DNA of 63,043 nucleotides, counting the filler, from Hyphochytrium catenoides (Eukaryota > Protista > Hyphochytriomycota), in the NCBI GenBank assembly GCA_900088475.1. It is 10 parts of 10 records of this genome, joined end to end, with 100 filler letters (N's around TTAATTAATTAA, not from the genome) between each part and the next. Parts side by side here need not be neighbours in the genome. Positions count along the whole stretch, not along the records: positions 42,289 to 50,335 come from FLMG01001564.1; positions 50,436 to 54,241 come from FLMG01003603.1; positions 54,342 to 56,365 come from FLMG01004414.1; positions 56,466 to 58,468 come from FLMG01003466.1; positions 58,569 to 61,775 come from FLMG01001527.1; 5 more parts are not named here. One strand, 5' to 3'. The translations under genes were made by a program, and so were the position numbers. The notes beneath the pieces were generated by a model. That model was given only the letters and a program-made list of their open reading frames with translations, was not told the DNA's origin and did not search any database. Position 1 is the first letter of the stretch. Each line of letters opens with the position of its first letter. Positions 49,398 to 61,708 of the stretch are shown piece by piece.

Positions 49398-49991
49398 CTA
49401 CATAATGATACAATCTCCCTTAGGTGGAGATTTATGCCTTCTCATAGCTTCATATTCCAGCTTCCGCTTCAGCCGGAGGAGCTTCCTTCGCTGCCTCTTT
49501 AGCTCTCTCACTCTCCTCCTCGCGACGGCGCACCGCCAGGAGCACTGGATCGTTAACGCTGCCTTCTTCCTCGTCTTGTACCTTGTCCAGGCTTTTCTGA
49601 GTGTCGCAGCTGCTCTCTGCTCTCGGTGTAGTTGAAGGCGGACCAGTGCTCCTCTCCAGAGTGCTTGAGCCCTGACGATGCCTTGGGAAACTTCAGAGCT
49701 ATGCCAGCCGTCTCTCTCCGTTCTTCTCCTCCCTCCTTTCCTTCGATGGAGAGCATAAAGCTCCAAGGACGTTGTGACTCCCCAAGGAAGAAAGAGCGGA
49801 GCTTCATCTGTCTGATCGCTGCAAATGTGGAACAAGGGATACCACCAGCTTCTCCTCCTCCGCAAGCGTGAGGGACAAGGCTCTTCGTCATAAGTGGGCG
49901 CCAGAGATGGCAAACGCTTTCCCTTTCTCTCATTCTGTGTCTCTTCTGGTGGAGAGCCCAAGCCGCAATGTCGAAGAAGTTGCAGGAGCAT
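49398..49991 (-). CDS. IQ calmodulin-binding motif protein (197 aa)
   Basis: Three IQ-like motifs (IVRAQALWRGALVR, AAATLRKAWTRYKTR, AALTIQCSWRCAVARR) followed by a basic coiled coil. Confidence 0.7.
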   Translation of the reverse strand: MLLQLLRHCGLGSPPEETQNERKGKRLPSLAPTYDEEPCPSRLRRRRSWWYPLFHICSDQTDEAPLFLPWGVTTSLELYALHRRKGGRRRTERDGWHSSEVSQGIVRAQALWRGALVRLQLHREQRAAATLRKAWTRYKTRKKAALTIQCSWRCAVARRRVRELKRQRRKLLRLKRKLEYEAMRRHKSPPKGDCIIM

Positions 49992-50437
49992 TGTTCCGTT
50001 AAGGACCGACGGGCGGCGCTTATTAGCTCTTCTGCAGTCTTTGTCTGTTGCTTTCTATTCTTGAGCCCGCAGTAGTGAGGACGAGTGTCAGTCTCTGCTC
50101 ATCAGCTTATCTCTCTCCCTTGTTAGTAGCAACTCTTCACACGCTGTCACCTTCTTATTATATTCACAGCCTTCAGGCTCTTTCTTTCAAAAAGAGCTTC
50201 CTAGGACGATGTTATGGAATGGAAGAAACTGTAGAAATAGCTCTTCGTAGTAAGAAAGAGCCAGAGATACAGAAAGAAGGAGGAAGCGAAGAAGGAAGGA
50301 AAAGGGAGAAAGAGAGAGAGAGAGAGAGAGAGAGGNNNNNNNNNNNNNNNNNNNNNNNNNNNNNNNNNNNNNNNNNNNNTTAATTAATTAANNNNNNNNN
50401 NNNNNNNNNNNNNNNNNNNNNNNNNNNNNNNNNNNTA

Positions 50438-50729
50438 GAAGCCGAGATATGAAGCCAACGAAATGTCCCTGTTTATATCTACGGCTTATGGTCAGTACCC
50501 CGGAATACCTTCAGGACTGACTATTCTAGACAGGGATATCTCTATAACTCCCATATCTTAGGGTTTATTAGGAATCGTTGGCATAGTCAGAATAGCTCTA
50601 GATTATGGCCCAATATCAGTCACAGAGAAATCCCTGTCTAGAACAGTCAGTCTTGAAGGTATTCCGGGGTACTGACCATAAGCCATAGATATAAACAGGG
50701 ACATTTCGTTGGCTTCATATCTCGGCTTC
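50438..50729. repeat. Foldback inverted repeat with ~107-bp arms (50438-~50544 and ~50623-50729)
   Basis: gaagccgagatatgaagccaacg...cagggatatctct is the reverse complement of agagaaatccctg...catatctcggcttc, with 4 mismatches by eye. Confidence 0.95.
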
Positions 50730-50888
50730 ATGGGAGTTGGGAGCTGAAAGTTGGGTAGTTAAGCTTGCCAGCTTGTAGTCCACAACATAGCTGTGCCCTC
50801 AGACTCCAACACCTCGCCGCAGCTCGAACTCCCTATTGTGAAGGGTCGAAGCTGAACATTCAACACCTCCCCGCATGCTGTAGACCCG

Positions 50889-52792
50889 CTAGAAAGAGAT
50901 TACTTGGTTCTTGGGTTTCCATTGCACACAATTCTCGATGTACGATGAACAGCGAGGTTGCTGAGATGTTGTTTCCTTAGCCTCTTTGATAAACGCGTCG
51001 AGATCTCCAGAAAATTCCACATTGTCTGATTGCTTCAGCGCTGGGTAGAAAGAGTGGAGAAGAATATTGTTATCAGCGTCAAGCTTTTCTTGATTCAAAG
51101 CCTGCGTATTGCTTAATTGTCCTTCCTTTGGATCCTTGGGACCTTGATGTTGGTTGACTCCTGTCCGTGCTTCCTCATCGGAAAGAGATAGTTTATTTGG
51201 TTGTTGAGATGTTTCCTTAGTGACGAGCTGGTTGTGTTCTTCTTCAGTTCTTCTCAGTATTGCCTTGACTGCTTCACGATAAGAAGTCTTCTTCTTCGAT
51301 GAAGATAAATCATTACTTTTCTTCAAAGCTTTTGACAGATTCCTTTTAGAGCGTGATTTCCAGAAAGACGGTCTGTGATGAGCGTTCTGGTCGAGTTCCC
51401 AGCATTTCTCCGAAGGATGGCTGCGACTTCCGCAAAATGGGCACTCCGGCCATTGGTCGCGAATTTTAATGTTTGATGATGATGATGACCCTGGATGAGC
51501 CTTGTTCTTGGTCTCGTGATGACGGTGATGGGGTTCCTTTATCCTTTGTTGATGTAGAGTGTATGCTGCAAAGCCTTCTTCTTCTTTATCATAACTCTTG
51601 TTAGTAGTGCGCCTAGCACGTCTTCGGTGATGTTCTCCGATAATAATATCATCTATGGCACTTGCACATAGTTAGTTCCCTGTTCCACGCACTTGGATGG
51701 CTTGAGCAATACCTTCATATGAGGGTGGAAGGGCCATAAGTACTGCGGCTTTATAGAGGTTGTCGTCGTAGAAGTCTTTCTTCTCCATCATTTCTCGAAA
51801 TAAATCAAGCTTTCTTCTCTGCTCGCACAGGAATAGGCTAATTCTTGTTCTTCGTCGTCTGCCTTTGCCGATAAGAAGGAGGTAAGAGTAGTCACAATGT
51901 TGTTTGCGCTTCTGCTCTCAAAAGAGTCTTCCAATTTGAGCCAAGCTTCTCTCGCAGTCCCTCTACGAGGTAGAAGTGGAATAATGTTGTCAGCCACTGC
52001 CAAAACAATCTTGTTGAACGCCCCTTTGTCATTCCTCAGCCAAGAAGACTGTATCGTAGCCCTAGACGTAGACATGGACTTGTTCTTTGAGGAGATATCA
52101 GGGGATCGTTGGCTCCCGTCAACATGATGGGAGTTCAGTTCATTGAGATAAGCCTCCATCTTCAATCGCCAAACAGGGTAGTCCTCCATCCCTTGTAGCT
52201 TTGATATCATAACCACGAAAGAGCTCATAATATTGATGATTCTGGCGGCTTGAAATAGGTCTTGATGATGAGATTGAATAGAGAAATGGACAATATTAGA
52301 CTTTGTGTCCGTAGGATTTGGTGCTCTTCTTGCCTTGATAAATTGGACGATATCTCCAAAACGAAGCGGTTTCAGAAGAAAAAGATGGCACCAATGAACT
52401 CACCGATGCCGATTTGCCCCTTATCCCTCTTTGAAAGCACCAAAAAGAGTTTATTTTGGGCCGATATCGTGCTTGAAACTTTCCCTTTGAAAAGTGCTCG
52501 TATGGTTGAAATTTTGGGTGGAGGAGTTGCAATTTATACCGAAATTTTGGATGAATTCTTCAATGGAACAGGATTGTCGTTAGCGGCTAAATAACCGTAC
52601 ATGCAGCCGGTACTGGCTAATTGTTTGGTCCTCCGGCGAGACCGGGTAGCCGTTATTGCCCAGTGGGGCTCGTTGGCTGCTCCAGGGGGCCAACTTGATC
52701 TTGGTCTCGGTCGGGATCGCAATGGTCCAGTGGTTGGCTCAGAGGCCTCAGAACAAGTTTCCGAGTCCTGGGGGACGCGTGGGCCCATAACC
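50889..52792 (-). mobile_element. Ty1/Copia retrotransposon 5' fragment (PBS and disrupted gag)
   Basis: PBS-like GGTTATGGGCCC (52792-52781); gag KLQGMEDYPVWRLKMEAYL...TAREAWLKLEDSF; LMALPPSYE; zinc knuckle CPFCGSRSHPSEKCW; frameshifted. Confidence 0.85.
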
Positions 52793-54811
52793 CGTTGGAT
52801 TATATGGGGATGATTGGACAATGTCATTAGATGAGAGTGCTCTACTTATCAATACAGCAGGCAAGCCTGAGGGCTCGCCATTTTAGATAGGGGTAATCCA
52901 GCCTTGACCGGCAGGATTATTTGTACAAGTACACCGTACTTTACTTGCTCAAGCAGGATTAGATCATAGTACTCCGTTATTATTAGCATCTTAGCAAATT
53001 GAGATTGATGAATAATAACCGAGTATATTGTTTTTTATTTGGAATAGTAACCGGGTAAATTTGTTTTATAACAATAGCCGGTAGGTCTAATAACAGCTAT
53101 ATAAATACAACTACAACAGGGAGGAGTTGGAGTGGATTTGGCTCCTCAGTGGGTGGTATTGAATAGCTTGAGGAACCAAATTACCAGATTACCAGAACTT
53201 CAGAGTGGCCCTAGACTCCTAGACTTGGCTGGTCAAAGTTATTAAATAGCTGGTCTAGTTCCTAAACTTTCAGAGTAAAGCCAAAATAGTAGTACGCCAC
53301 TTTGAAGTATCTAAACCATGTGAGTTCATATTACTACTCCTGCTGTTGTCAGTCTAAAGTGATAACTTGGGAGTACTGTGAATGAACAGGAAGAAGTCCA
53401 TGCTCTTCTTGTCGCGAACGCAATAAAAATCTTCAGATGCAGTCGTTTTCAGAATGGAATGCTGCAAAGCCAGAGAAGATGGATAAAAAGGAAGAGAGGT
53501 GTGAACTCATCATCTTTGTCGAAGTAGCTCGCAAACAAAGTACCGCTTGACTCGATTATGCTATCAGCAGTTGGAACGCATGCCAAAGCGTAATTCTATG
53601 ACAGAACAAGACGATCCTCCTCCTCTTTTTGTGGGGAGATCGAGGGCGGCGATGGCAGATGAGAAAACCGATGATGTCCATAACTTCTCTAGAACTACAG
53701 TATTCAACTCTTAGCTTGAAGCCCGGCAGTGATTCAACGAGGATGTTGTTATCGTTGTTCGTCACCGTTGTACTAGGAGAAAAGTTTTGTAGGATCTAGG
53801 ACATCAGGGTCTATTCCCGATATATGGTAGATGAATTACTAACAAGTACGAAAATCTGAGAGTGCTTTGACTTCCGAATCCGAATTCTTTGGACCAGACA
53901 CGGAATAACAACCACTAACTTAGTGCTGATCCTTGAGAAAATATGTAAGCGTGCTGAACCCTAATGGTGACTTGAAAAGGGGGCACCCCCTTTTCAGATC
54001 TGAGAGTCTCCTAGATCGATTGACCAATCGGAGCCTCGGAAAGTTGCAGAAACTTTCCCTAGAATTTGGTAATCTGGTGGTTTGGGCTATTCAATACCAC
54101 CCAGTATAGTATGGGGAATAGGGAAAAGCGGAACAACGACTACAGAGGAGTACAGCGTCAAAAAGAACTGAGAGTACGATTATTAGACTATACAGTACCG
54201 AAACCTGCCCCCTTTCGTGAAACATATACACCCTTTGGCTTNNNNNNNNNNNNNNNNNNNNNNNNNNNNNNNNNNNNNNNNNNNNTTAATTAATTAANNN
54301 NNNNNNNNNNNNNNNNNNNNNNNNNNNNNNNNNNNNNNNNNAAGAATTTGCAGTTCACCCATTACCCTAGGCAAGAATTGGTTGCCACCTAGAAGGCAAA
54401 GCCCTTCCTCTAGTGACAAACAAGAGTTTCTTAGTAGCAGAATCTGCTTCTCTTCCTTCCAGAGCGGTGTGGAGGTACGACAGGGGTAGCTTGGGGCGGA
54501 CAAAGAGAGACAAAGAGCCGATGCGAGGCTGCTGATAAGCTTCAGGTGCCAAGAATGAGACAGACAGAGGCCGCGGCAGCAGTGCGCGGCTGGGTCCCAA
54601 AAATAGCGCCAATTGTCCGTACCTGTCCTTCTATCCCGTATAATGACCTATTGAATTGCAATATATAGCGTATTTAGTACCTTCTATTATGGATCCGTAC
54701 GGATGCAGGACCCAGAATGCGGGCCGTGGGTTTCTCTGTGTTCGCGGCCTTTTTCTGAGAAGAATGATGGGCTTCTGCATGATAGACACCGTCCGTCAGT
54801 CATCGCAGAGG

Positions 54812-55218
54812 GAGAAGGATGACAGCGTCTCCCTCCTATGATGAGTGCTGGTCGCCATCTGTCCTCAGTCCTTAGCAGTAAGACACTTGGAACGGTGCAG
54901 CCACTGCATCAGCTGGCCATCGGAGAAGGCGAGAAGGCCGTGGATTGATCACTCAGGAGGATGATAGAGTCTCCTAGTCTTGGTCGCCACCTGTCCTCAG
55001 TCTCAGCAGTGGGACACTTGGAACGGTGCAGCCACTGCATCAGCTGACCCTTGGAGAAGGCGAAGGCGAGAAGGCTGTGGATTGATCAGTGAGGAGGATG
55101 ATAGAGTCTCCTATGATGAGTGTTGGTCTCCACCTGTCCTCAGTCCTTAGCTGTAAGACGCTTGGAATGGTGCAGCCATTGCACCAGTTGGCTATCGGAG
55201 GAGAAGGCTGTGGATTGA
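54812..55218. repeat. Tandem repeat, ~3 copies of a ~135-140 bp unit
   Basis: Blocks ctgtcctcagtc, cttggaa(c/t)ggtgcagcca, gagaaggc(c/t)gtggattgat and gaggatgatagagtctccta recur in order. Confidence 0.9.
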
Positions 55219-56465
55219 TGTTTGTGTTTGGAAAGCTGCTGACTAGTCTAACGAAATGGTATGACAAGGCGGGAAGAAGGGCTACAAGGTCGCTGGCAAT
55301 GGGCAGAGACGAGATAGTAGGACACGAGGGCTAGATGATCTCTCTATTGGTTAGCTTTGGGTTAGCTTGATCCGTCTTGCCAAGCACTGCAGCAGCGCTA
55401 AATCATGAGACTTCATTGCCATACAAATATTTAAGACAGATGGATGCGGAGACTTCAGAAGCCGCAATGACCGTGACTGTTTGGATTGATTGATAGGTAG
55501 AAGCGCCTGGGCTACTGCTGAATAGTAGACTCAATGACAGATATTAGTCCCGTGGGTGAGTGAGTCACTCAATCTTAATGTTGATAGTCATGCTTTGCTG
55601 CCAGAAGTAGAAGAAACGTTGTTGGCTAAAGCAAACGCTCATAGTAGAGGTGAAGCAATGAAGATGCGACATGGCAGTGCGGCGTGCTTGGGGATGGAAA
55701 CGTCCTCCACAGAGCATATTTCGAGGACTTGAGAGACAGCAGTGGTAGCTCCTCGGCTCTCTTAGGAGGCAGTCCTGCTCCACCGCCGCCGTTCTATCCC
55801 CAAGCCTTCTACGGGCGAGATCTCTCTCAAGGAGCGCAGCTTGTTTAGCTTATTTTCTCTGATGCCATCTCAAACATCACGACCGTCTACTGTGAGCTGT
55901 AAGACTAGATCTACCTACGCCATCGCCTGCCAGTCTTTCTCTACTATCGCATGGTAAAGAGCTATGACTGGTACCTTTACGATTGAAGCGGCAGGATAGG
56001 CAGCTTGCCTGTCATCCTGCATCTGTACCATTGACAGCCTGGTCTTCCCTTCCCTTCCTAGCCTAGTACGTAGTTCCAAGGCAAAGGTCTGCATCAATCT
56101 TCGTCAGCTGCTGCCGCTGCTGCTTCTGAAGCTTTTCTTCTGGCTTCTGTCCTTTCCACTGCCGCGACAGCCAAGTAAAGTCCTCCAAGTGCCAATGCTC
56201 TAATTATTTCTCATAATGGCCACAGATACGCATCCTATTACAGATGATTGTTGTGATAATCAGAGATCAAGTGACAGGAAGAACGTAGGAATCGTGTTGA
56301 AGATGCTGGAGTGACCAACCGCAATAAGAAAGATGCAGATGAAGACGCAGCGAGAGAGAGAGAGANNNNNNNNNNNNNNNNNNNNNNNNNNNNNNNNNNN
56401 NNNNNNNNNTTAATTAATTAANNNNNNNNNNNNNNNNNNNNNNNNNNNNNNNNNNNNNNNNNNNN

Positions 56466-58331
56466 CTCTCTCTCTTCTCTCCTCCAGGAAAGAGGAGAAT
56501 AGAACAGAGCCCATAGACTGCCTCCTCAACTCCCTTTCTCTCTCTGGAGCCCTGAAGAGAAGGAGGTGCCTTCTCTCTCACCAGTTGCCGTATCTTACAA
56601 CGCATTGAGAGATTTAAAAAGAGAGAGAGGAGAAGAGAGAGAGAGTTAGGGAAGAGCCGTGTTAGCAGAGGGAAAGAAGAAAGTATGATGAGAGCCCAGA
56701 CAGAGAGAGAAAGACAGGACAGAGAGAGAGAGAGAGAAGACTGAAAAGAGACTTAACGAGAGACGGAGAGACACAGGTGGAAAGTGGGGAAAGAAGAAGG
56801 AAGAAAGACTAAAAAAGAACAGAGAGGGAGAAGAGAGAGAGAGAGGGAAGAAGAATCAGAGGAGGGAACACATAGACATTCAAAGATCTATATATATATA
56901 GAGAGAGAGAGCCAGGGAGAATCTGATTTGGAAGCCGTACCACCATCCGCAGCGCATCTTCGTTCTCCTTTCCCTTCGCAGGCTCCCGTACAGGACTGTT
57001 CTCTCTTCTGACATTCTCTGTCTTTCTCTTCGCTATCGAAGAGAGAGGAGATTCTTCATCTCTCTCTCTTCTTCTCTTTTCTGCACTGAGCTCTGCGTTA
57101 ATCTGCTGACCCCGAGAGAGCTTCCTACTAAGAACTGGTCCGCAGAGAGAGGCCTGAGCTGAAGGCTATTGGGAGAGAGAGAGAGAGAGAGAGAGGGAAA
57201 GAAAAGAGAGAGAGTTTATCAGCAATGGCAAAGGAGAAGACAGGAGATAGACACGGAGAGAGAGACAGACAGGCAAAGTGCAGAGTATACTGAGAAGGGA
57301 GAAGTGTTCTGAGACACAGGACCTGAGAGGAGCAAAAGAGAAGAAAAAGGACTGGAGAGAGAGAGAGAGAGATGTCGAGAGAGAAAAAGAGAGTCAGAGG
57401 TAGGGAGAGAAGACGGAGATCGAGGAACTGTGCGAGAAAATGTAAAAAACAAAAAGACGATGAACGAGAGAGAGAAAAGAATAGTGTGGGCGTGAGAGAG
57501 AGAGTGCGTGTGGCAGAAGAGAGAGCGAGAAAAAGAAAAAGAGAGAGCTCTAGAAAAGCAGCAAACGAACATTGGCCATCCTTCCTCTTAATGATGAGCT
57601 TTTCTGCAGTAGCCGCTCAGGACCCGTGGCCGCCGCGCTCGAAGTATCCTTTGTCGGGAGCTGAGCCTATTGGCGAGGGGGATGAGGGAGAGAGAGGAGA
57701 AAGGGAGAGAGAGATGGAGAGAAAAAATTGAAGAGAGAGAAGAAGACACAGAGCGATCGATCGGTGGAGAGCACATCAAAGACAGTCGGTGAGAGCAGAA
57801 AAATAGCGGTAGGAGATAGCAGTAGAATAGATTTTCAAGGAGGAGGGAAGAGAAAAGATGGAGAGAGAGAGAGAGAAAGAAAGAGAGGGAGAACAGGGAG
57901 AGGCAGAAAGGGAGAGAAAGAGAGAGAGTCAGAGAGATTGAGAGAGGCGTCTAAAGAGAGAGCTTTACCATAGCGCTGGCGATCGCCTCTGTCATCCGGT
58001 CTGCCTCCTCTCTCTCTTCTTCTCTCTCTTCTTCTCCTCTCTCTTTTCTCTCTCCTCGTCCTTCTCTCAGCCACGTGGAGACCGGAGAGAGAGAGAGAAG
58101 CGCTCTGATTGTCTCCCTTTTCCCCTCCTTCAGCCTATGAAGTCTAATCTCTCCCCCTGACACAGTTAATAACGTCTTGACTTCACTGTCATCGCCGTTC
58201 TCTCTCTCTCTTTGTCTCTTCTTTCCTCTCTCTCCTTTGTGCAGTCCCTCTTCTGTTTCCTCTCTCCCGGTCCTTTCTCTTCTTGTTCTGCAGAGAAATG
58301 CCTCGTCTGGTCCTAGAAGCTCTCCAATCCG
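56466..58331 (-). CDS. Partial multi-exon hypothetical gene (exons ~58331-57968, 57668-57571, 57165-56939, 56593-56466)
   Basis: Four open segments bounded by AG/GT join in phase 0 (...EAIASAM|AQLPTKD...GRMAN|PSAQAS...DALRM|IRQLVREK...). Introns are CT-rich on the sense strand. Confidence 0.5.
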
Positions 58332-59256
58332 CTGGAGAAAGAGAGAGGAGGCAGGATAGCGCACGGGATCCCGACAAGAGAGAACGACAGAAGAAGAGAG
58401 AGAGAGAGACGAAAAAGAGTAGGAAGAGAGAGAGAGAAAGTCTTTCCAGGCTGAGAAGCGGGTCCGCTNNNNNNNNNNNNNNNNNNNNNNNNNNNNNNNN
58501 NNNNNNNNNNNNTTAATTAATTAANNNNNNNNNNNNNNNNNNNNNNNNNNNNNNNNNNNNNNNNNNNNGAGAGAGAGAGAGAGAGAGAGAAAAGCAGGCC
58601 CCCCATGTCTACTCAGAACATGCTCGTCAATTCTGAGAAAATACAAATACTCCCTCGTCAATTGTCAAATACTCAAGTTCAGTTGTAAAAAATGCGTTGC
58701 TATTGGCCGAAGATACCGCCAAACCTTCGTCGCACAAAAAGTGTCAAAATAGGTCTCGTTCATGTGAAAATGTAAATTTACAAGATGGCGATGGTTTTGT
58801 GATTGTAACGGATCCACGCCAAATATTGCTCTGATCCTTTTCTGATCTTTTTCTGACATCCCTTCTTCCTCTCTCTATTCTCCCTTTCAGTCTCTTCCTC
58901 TCTCTGCCTGCACTCTATCGCTCTCTCTCCCTCTGTCTGCCTCCTCTTTCTCTCTCCCCTCCCCTCTCTCCCTCTCTCTCTCTCTNNNNNNNNNNNNNNN
59001 NNNNNNNNNNNNNNNNNNNNNNNCCCTCTCTCTCTCTCTCTCTGTCTTCCTCTCTCCGTTCTCTCTCTGCACTTTCATCAACACTTGTACAGTTTTCAAT
59101 GAACATTATCTGCATCGTCCTCGCCTGTCAGAACCACAGCCAACTCTATAAATCGCCGTTGTAAGAGCTCAAACTCTCAGAAGAGAGAGAGACAGAAGAC
59201 AAAGTGACAGAAGGGAGGATGAGAGAGAGAATGTTCATGATCTAGGACGCGCTACT

Positions 59257-61708
59257 TGTTGAGAACCCTTTTCTTCTTCTGGGGTCTCTATAGCAAGGAA
59301 TATTCTTCTTCTTGATTCGTTGTCCTACTTTCTTTCTTACGATTTCTCCTGGTGCTCAGGACTGACAATGATGGTGGGGAGTTCACTGGCAAGGAGTTCA
59401 AGGACTTTCTGGACACTCAGGGAATCATCCATCAGACCACTGTCCCTTACTCCCCAGAGCAAAATGGCAAGGTCGAGAGACTCAACCGAACCATAACAGG
59501 GATCACTCGGGCACTCCTTCTCTCTTCTCCTCTCCCTCAGTCACTGTGGGGTGAAGCAGTTAACACTGCCTGCTATCTCTACAATCGCTCACCCTCCTCT
59601 TCTCTCTCTGGACAGACGCCTTACGAGACCAAGCCCGGACAGCAACCACGTGCATTCCAAGTCGCCCCGGGCTCCCGTGACGACTCGGAAATCTTCTATA
59701 TTGACTCTGGTGCCTCTGCCCATCTCTCTGGACAACGCACCTGATTTAGGGACCTTGCAGCCATCGACCCAAGACCCATCAGAGTCGCTGACAATGGCGT
59801 TGTATATGCCACCGGCATCGGCAGCATCCTACTTCGCTCCACAGTCTCGTTGGATAATAACCAGCTTCAATCCCGAGAGGTCCTTCTGAGCAACGTCCTC
59901 TATATCGAGGACCATTGATGAGTGTCGCAAGAAGAGCTTCTTGGGAAAATCCTCGATATAGAGGGACGTTGCTCAGAAGGACCTCTCGGGATTGAAGCTG
60001 GTTATCAAACGAGACCTGGGCGCTAACCACTCTTCCTCCTGGTCGAAAAGCTATTGGCTCCAAATGGGCTTTCAAGGTCAAGCGAAACGAAGATGGTTCT
60101 ATAGCCAAGTACGAGTGTCGTCTCGTGGCACAAGGCTTCACCCAACAAGCGGGAATCGACTATGGAGAAACGTTTTCTCCCGTAGCAAAGCACGCCACCA
60201 TCAGGTTACTGCTCTCGCTCGCTGCGAGAATGGACCTTGAATTGCTGCACTGTGGCGTTCAAACGGCGTTTCTCAACGGCACGATTGCGGAAGAGATCTA
60301 TACGCGTCAACCGCGTGGTTTTGCAATCCCTGGTCAAGAACATTTGGTGTGCAGACTAAAAAGGAGTCTCTACGGATTAAAGCAGGCGTCGAGGGCTTGG
60401 AAGAATGAGGTCCTACACTCATTTCTAGTCAGCCACGACTTTGTTCAGGCACAGGCAGATCCATGCCTCTACACTCGGCGCTCTCAAGATGGACAGTTAA
60501 TCTACTTGGTCATCTATGTGGATGACATCCTACTGGCTGCCTCCAACCTCAAGCTTGCAAAGGAATTCGAGTTTCACCTTTCCAGTCGCTTTGACATTAC
60601 CTGCCTAGGAAGTGTTCGATTCTACTTGGGTCTAGAGATTCTCCGCGATCGGAAGCAAGGGACACTTATGATTTGCCAAAGGAGATTCACCCTAGATCTT
60701 CTACAGCGGTACAAGATGGAACTGTGCAAGCCTGCTACCACTCCATTAGCTCCGGGGTTCTCACCGACTGGTTCTAGTCCAGATTGCACTAATGAACCAT
60801 ACAAGAGTTTAGTGGGTTGTCTTCTCTACTTGGTAACCGGTGCGCGACCTGACTTGGCTTATGCAGTTGGCGTCCTTAGTCGCTACCTAGCGAAACCTTC
60901 TACTGAACTCTGGAACGCCGCTAAACATGTTCTGAGATATCTGAAGGGCACAAGCGACTATGGCATTATCTTCGGAGGTTCTACTGAGGAGATTGATCTG
61001 ACGGCCTATGTGGACTCGGACTGGGCGAATGATGCGGATAGAAAGTCTACTTCTGGCGCTGTCTTTCTCTTACTTGGCTCCCCAATTGCTTGGCTTAGCC
61101 GCAAGCAAGCAACAGTTGCTCTGTCTTCTACTGAGGCAGAGTACATTGCAGCTGCTATGGCTGCACAGGAACTGGTATGACCTCGGCAACTACTAAAGGA
61201 CTTTATACCTTCTCTTGATGGTGCTAACAAATTCCACCAAGACAATCAGGGTGCCATGGAATTGATCAGAAATCCTATCTTCCGCAAAAGGTCTAAGCAC
61301 ATTGATATAAAGTTTCACTATATCCGCGATCGTTATCAGGAAGGAGATCTTCAGCCAATCTATGTCCCTACGAGGGATATGTTGGCAGACCTACTAACCA
61401 AGTCTCTCCCTGCAACGACTTTTAAGGATCTGAGAAGGCGATTGAAGGTAGATAGTATTCCTTGAGAAGGGGTGTTGAGAACCCTTTTTTTTCTTCAGGG
61501 GTCTCTATAGCAAGGAATATTCTTCTTCTTGATTCCTTGTCCTACTTTCTTTCTTACGATTTCTCTAGAAATTTGTTCTTGCTTCCTGAATACTTTTTCT
61601 CTTTCCGACTTTACTTCTTCCCTTCCTTCTGGCCACCAATTTATTGCCGATTCTCTTGTTGTCTTGAGGCGATGGATCCCTTGGTGACCGTCCAATCATT
61701 TCCAAACA
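59257..61708 (+). mobile_element. Defective, rearranged Ty1/Copia LTR retrotransposon
   Basis: Truncated LTR 59257-~59348 matches the start of LTR 61473-~61708 (TG...CA), which follows PPT gagaagggg. Integrase LRTDN.GGEF...PEQNGKVER; protease YIDSGASAH; RT AQGFTQ..GIDYGETFSPV, LYGLKQA, YVDD; RNase H YVDSDWA, SSTEAEY, KHIDIKFH. In-frame stop at 61178. Confidence 0.93.

Noticed and set aside
463-59115. Dozens of ORFs rich in LSLSLS or RERERE
   Set aside because: They are translations of (CT)n/(GA)n microsatellites in introns and intergenic DNA, which lack stop codons by composition.
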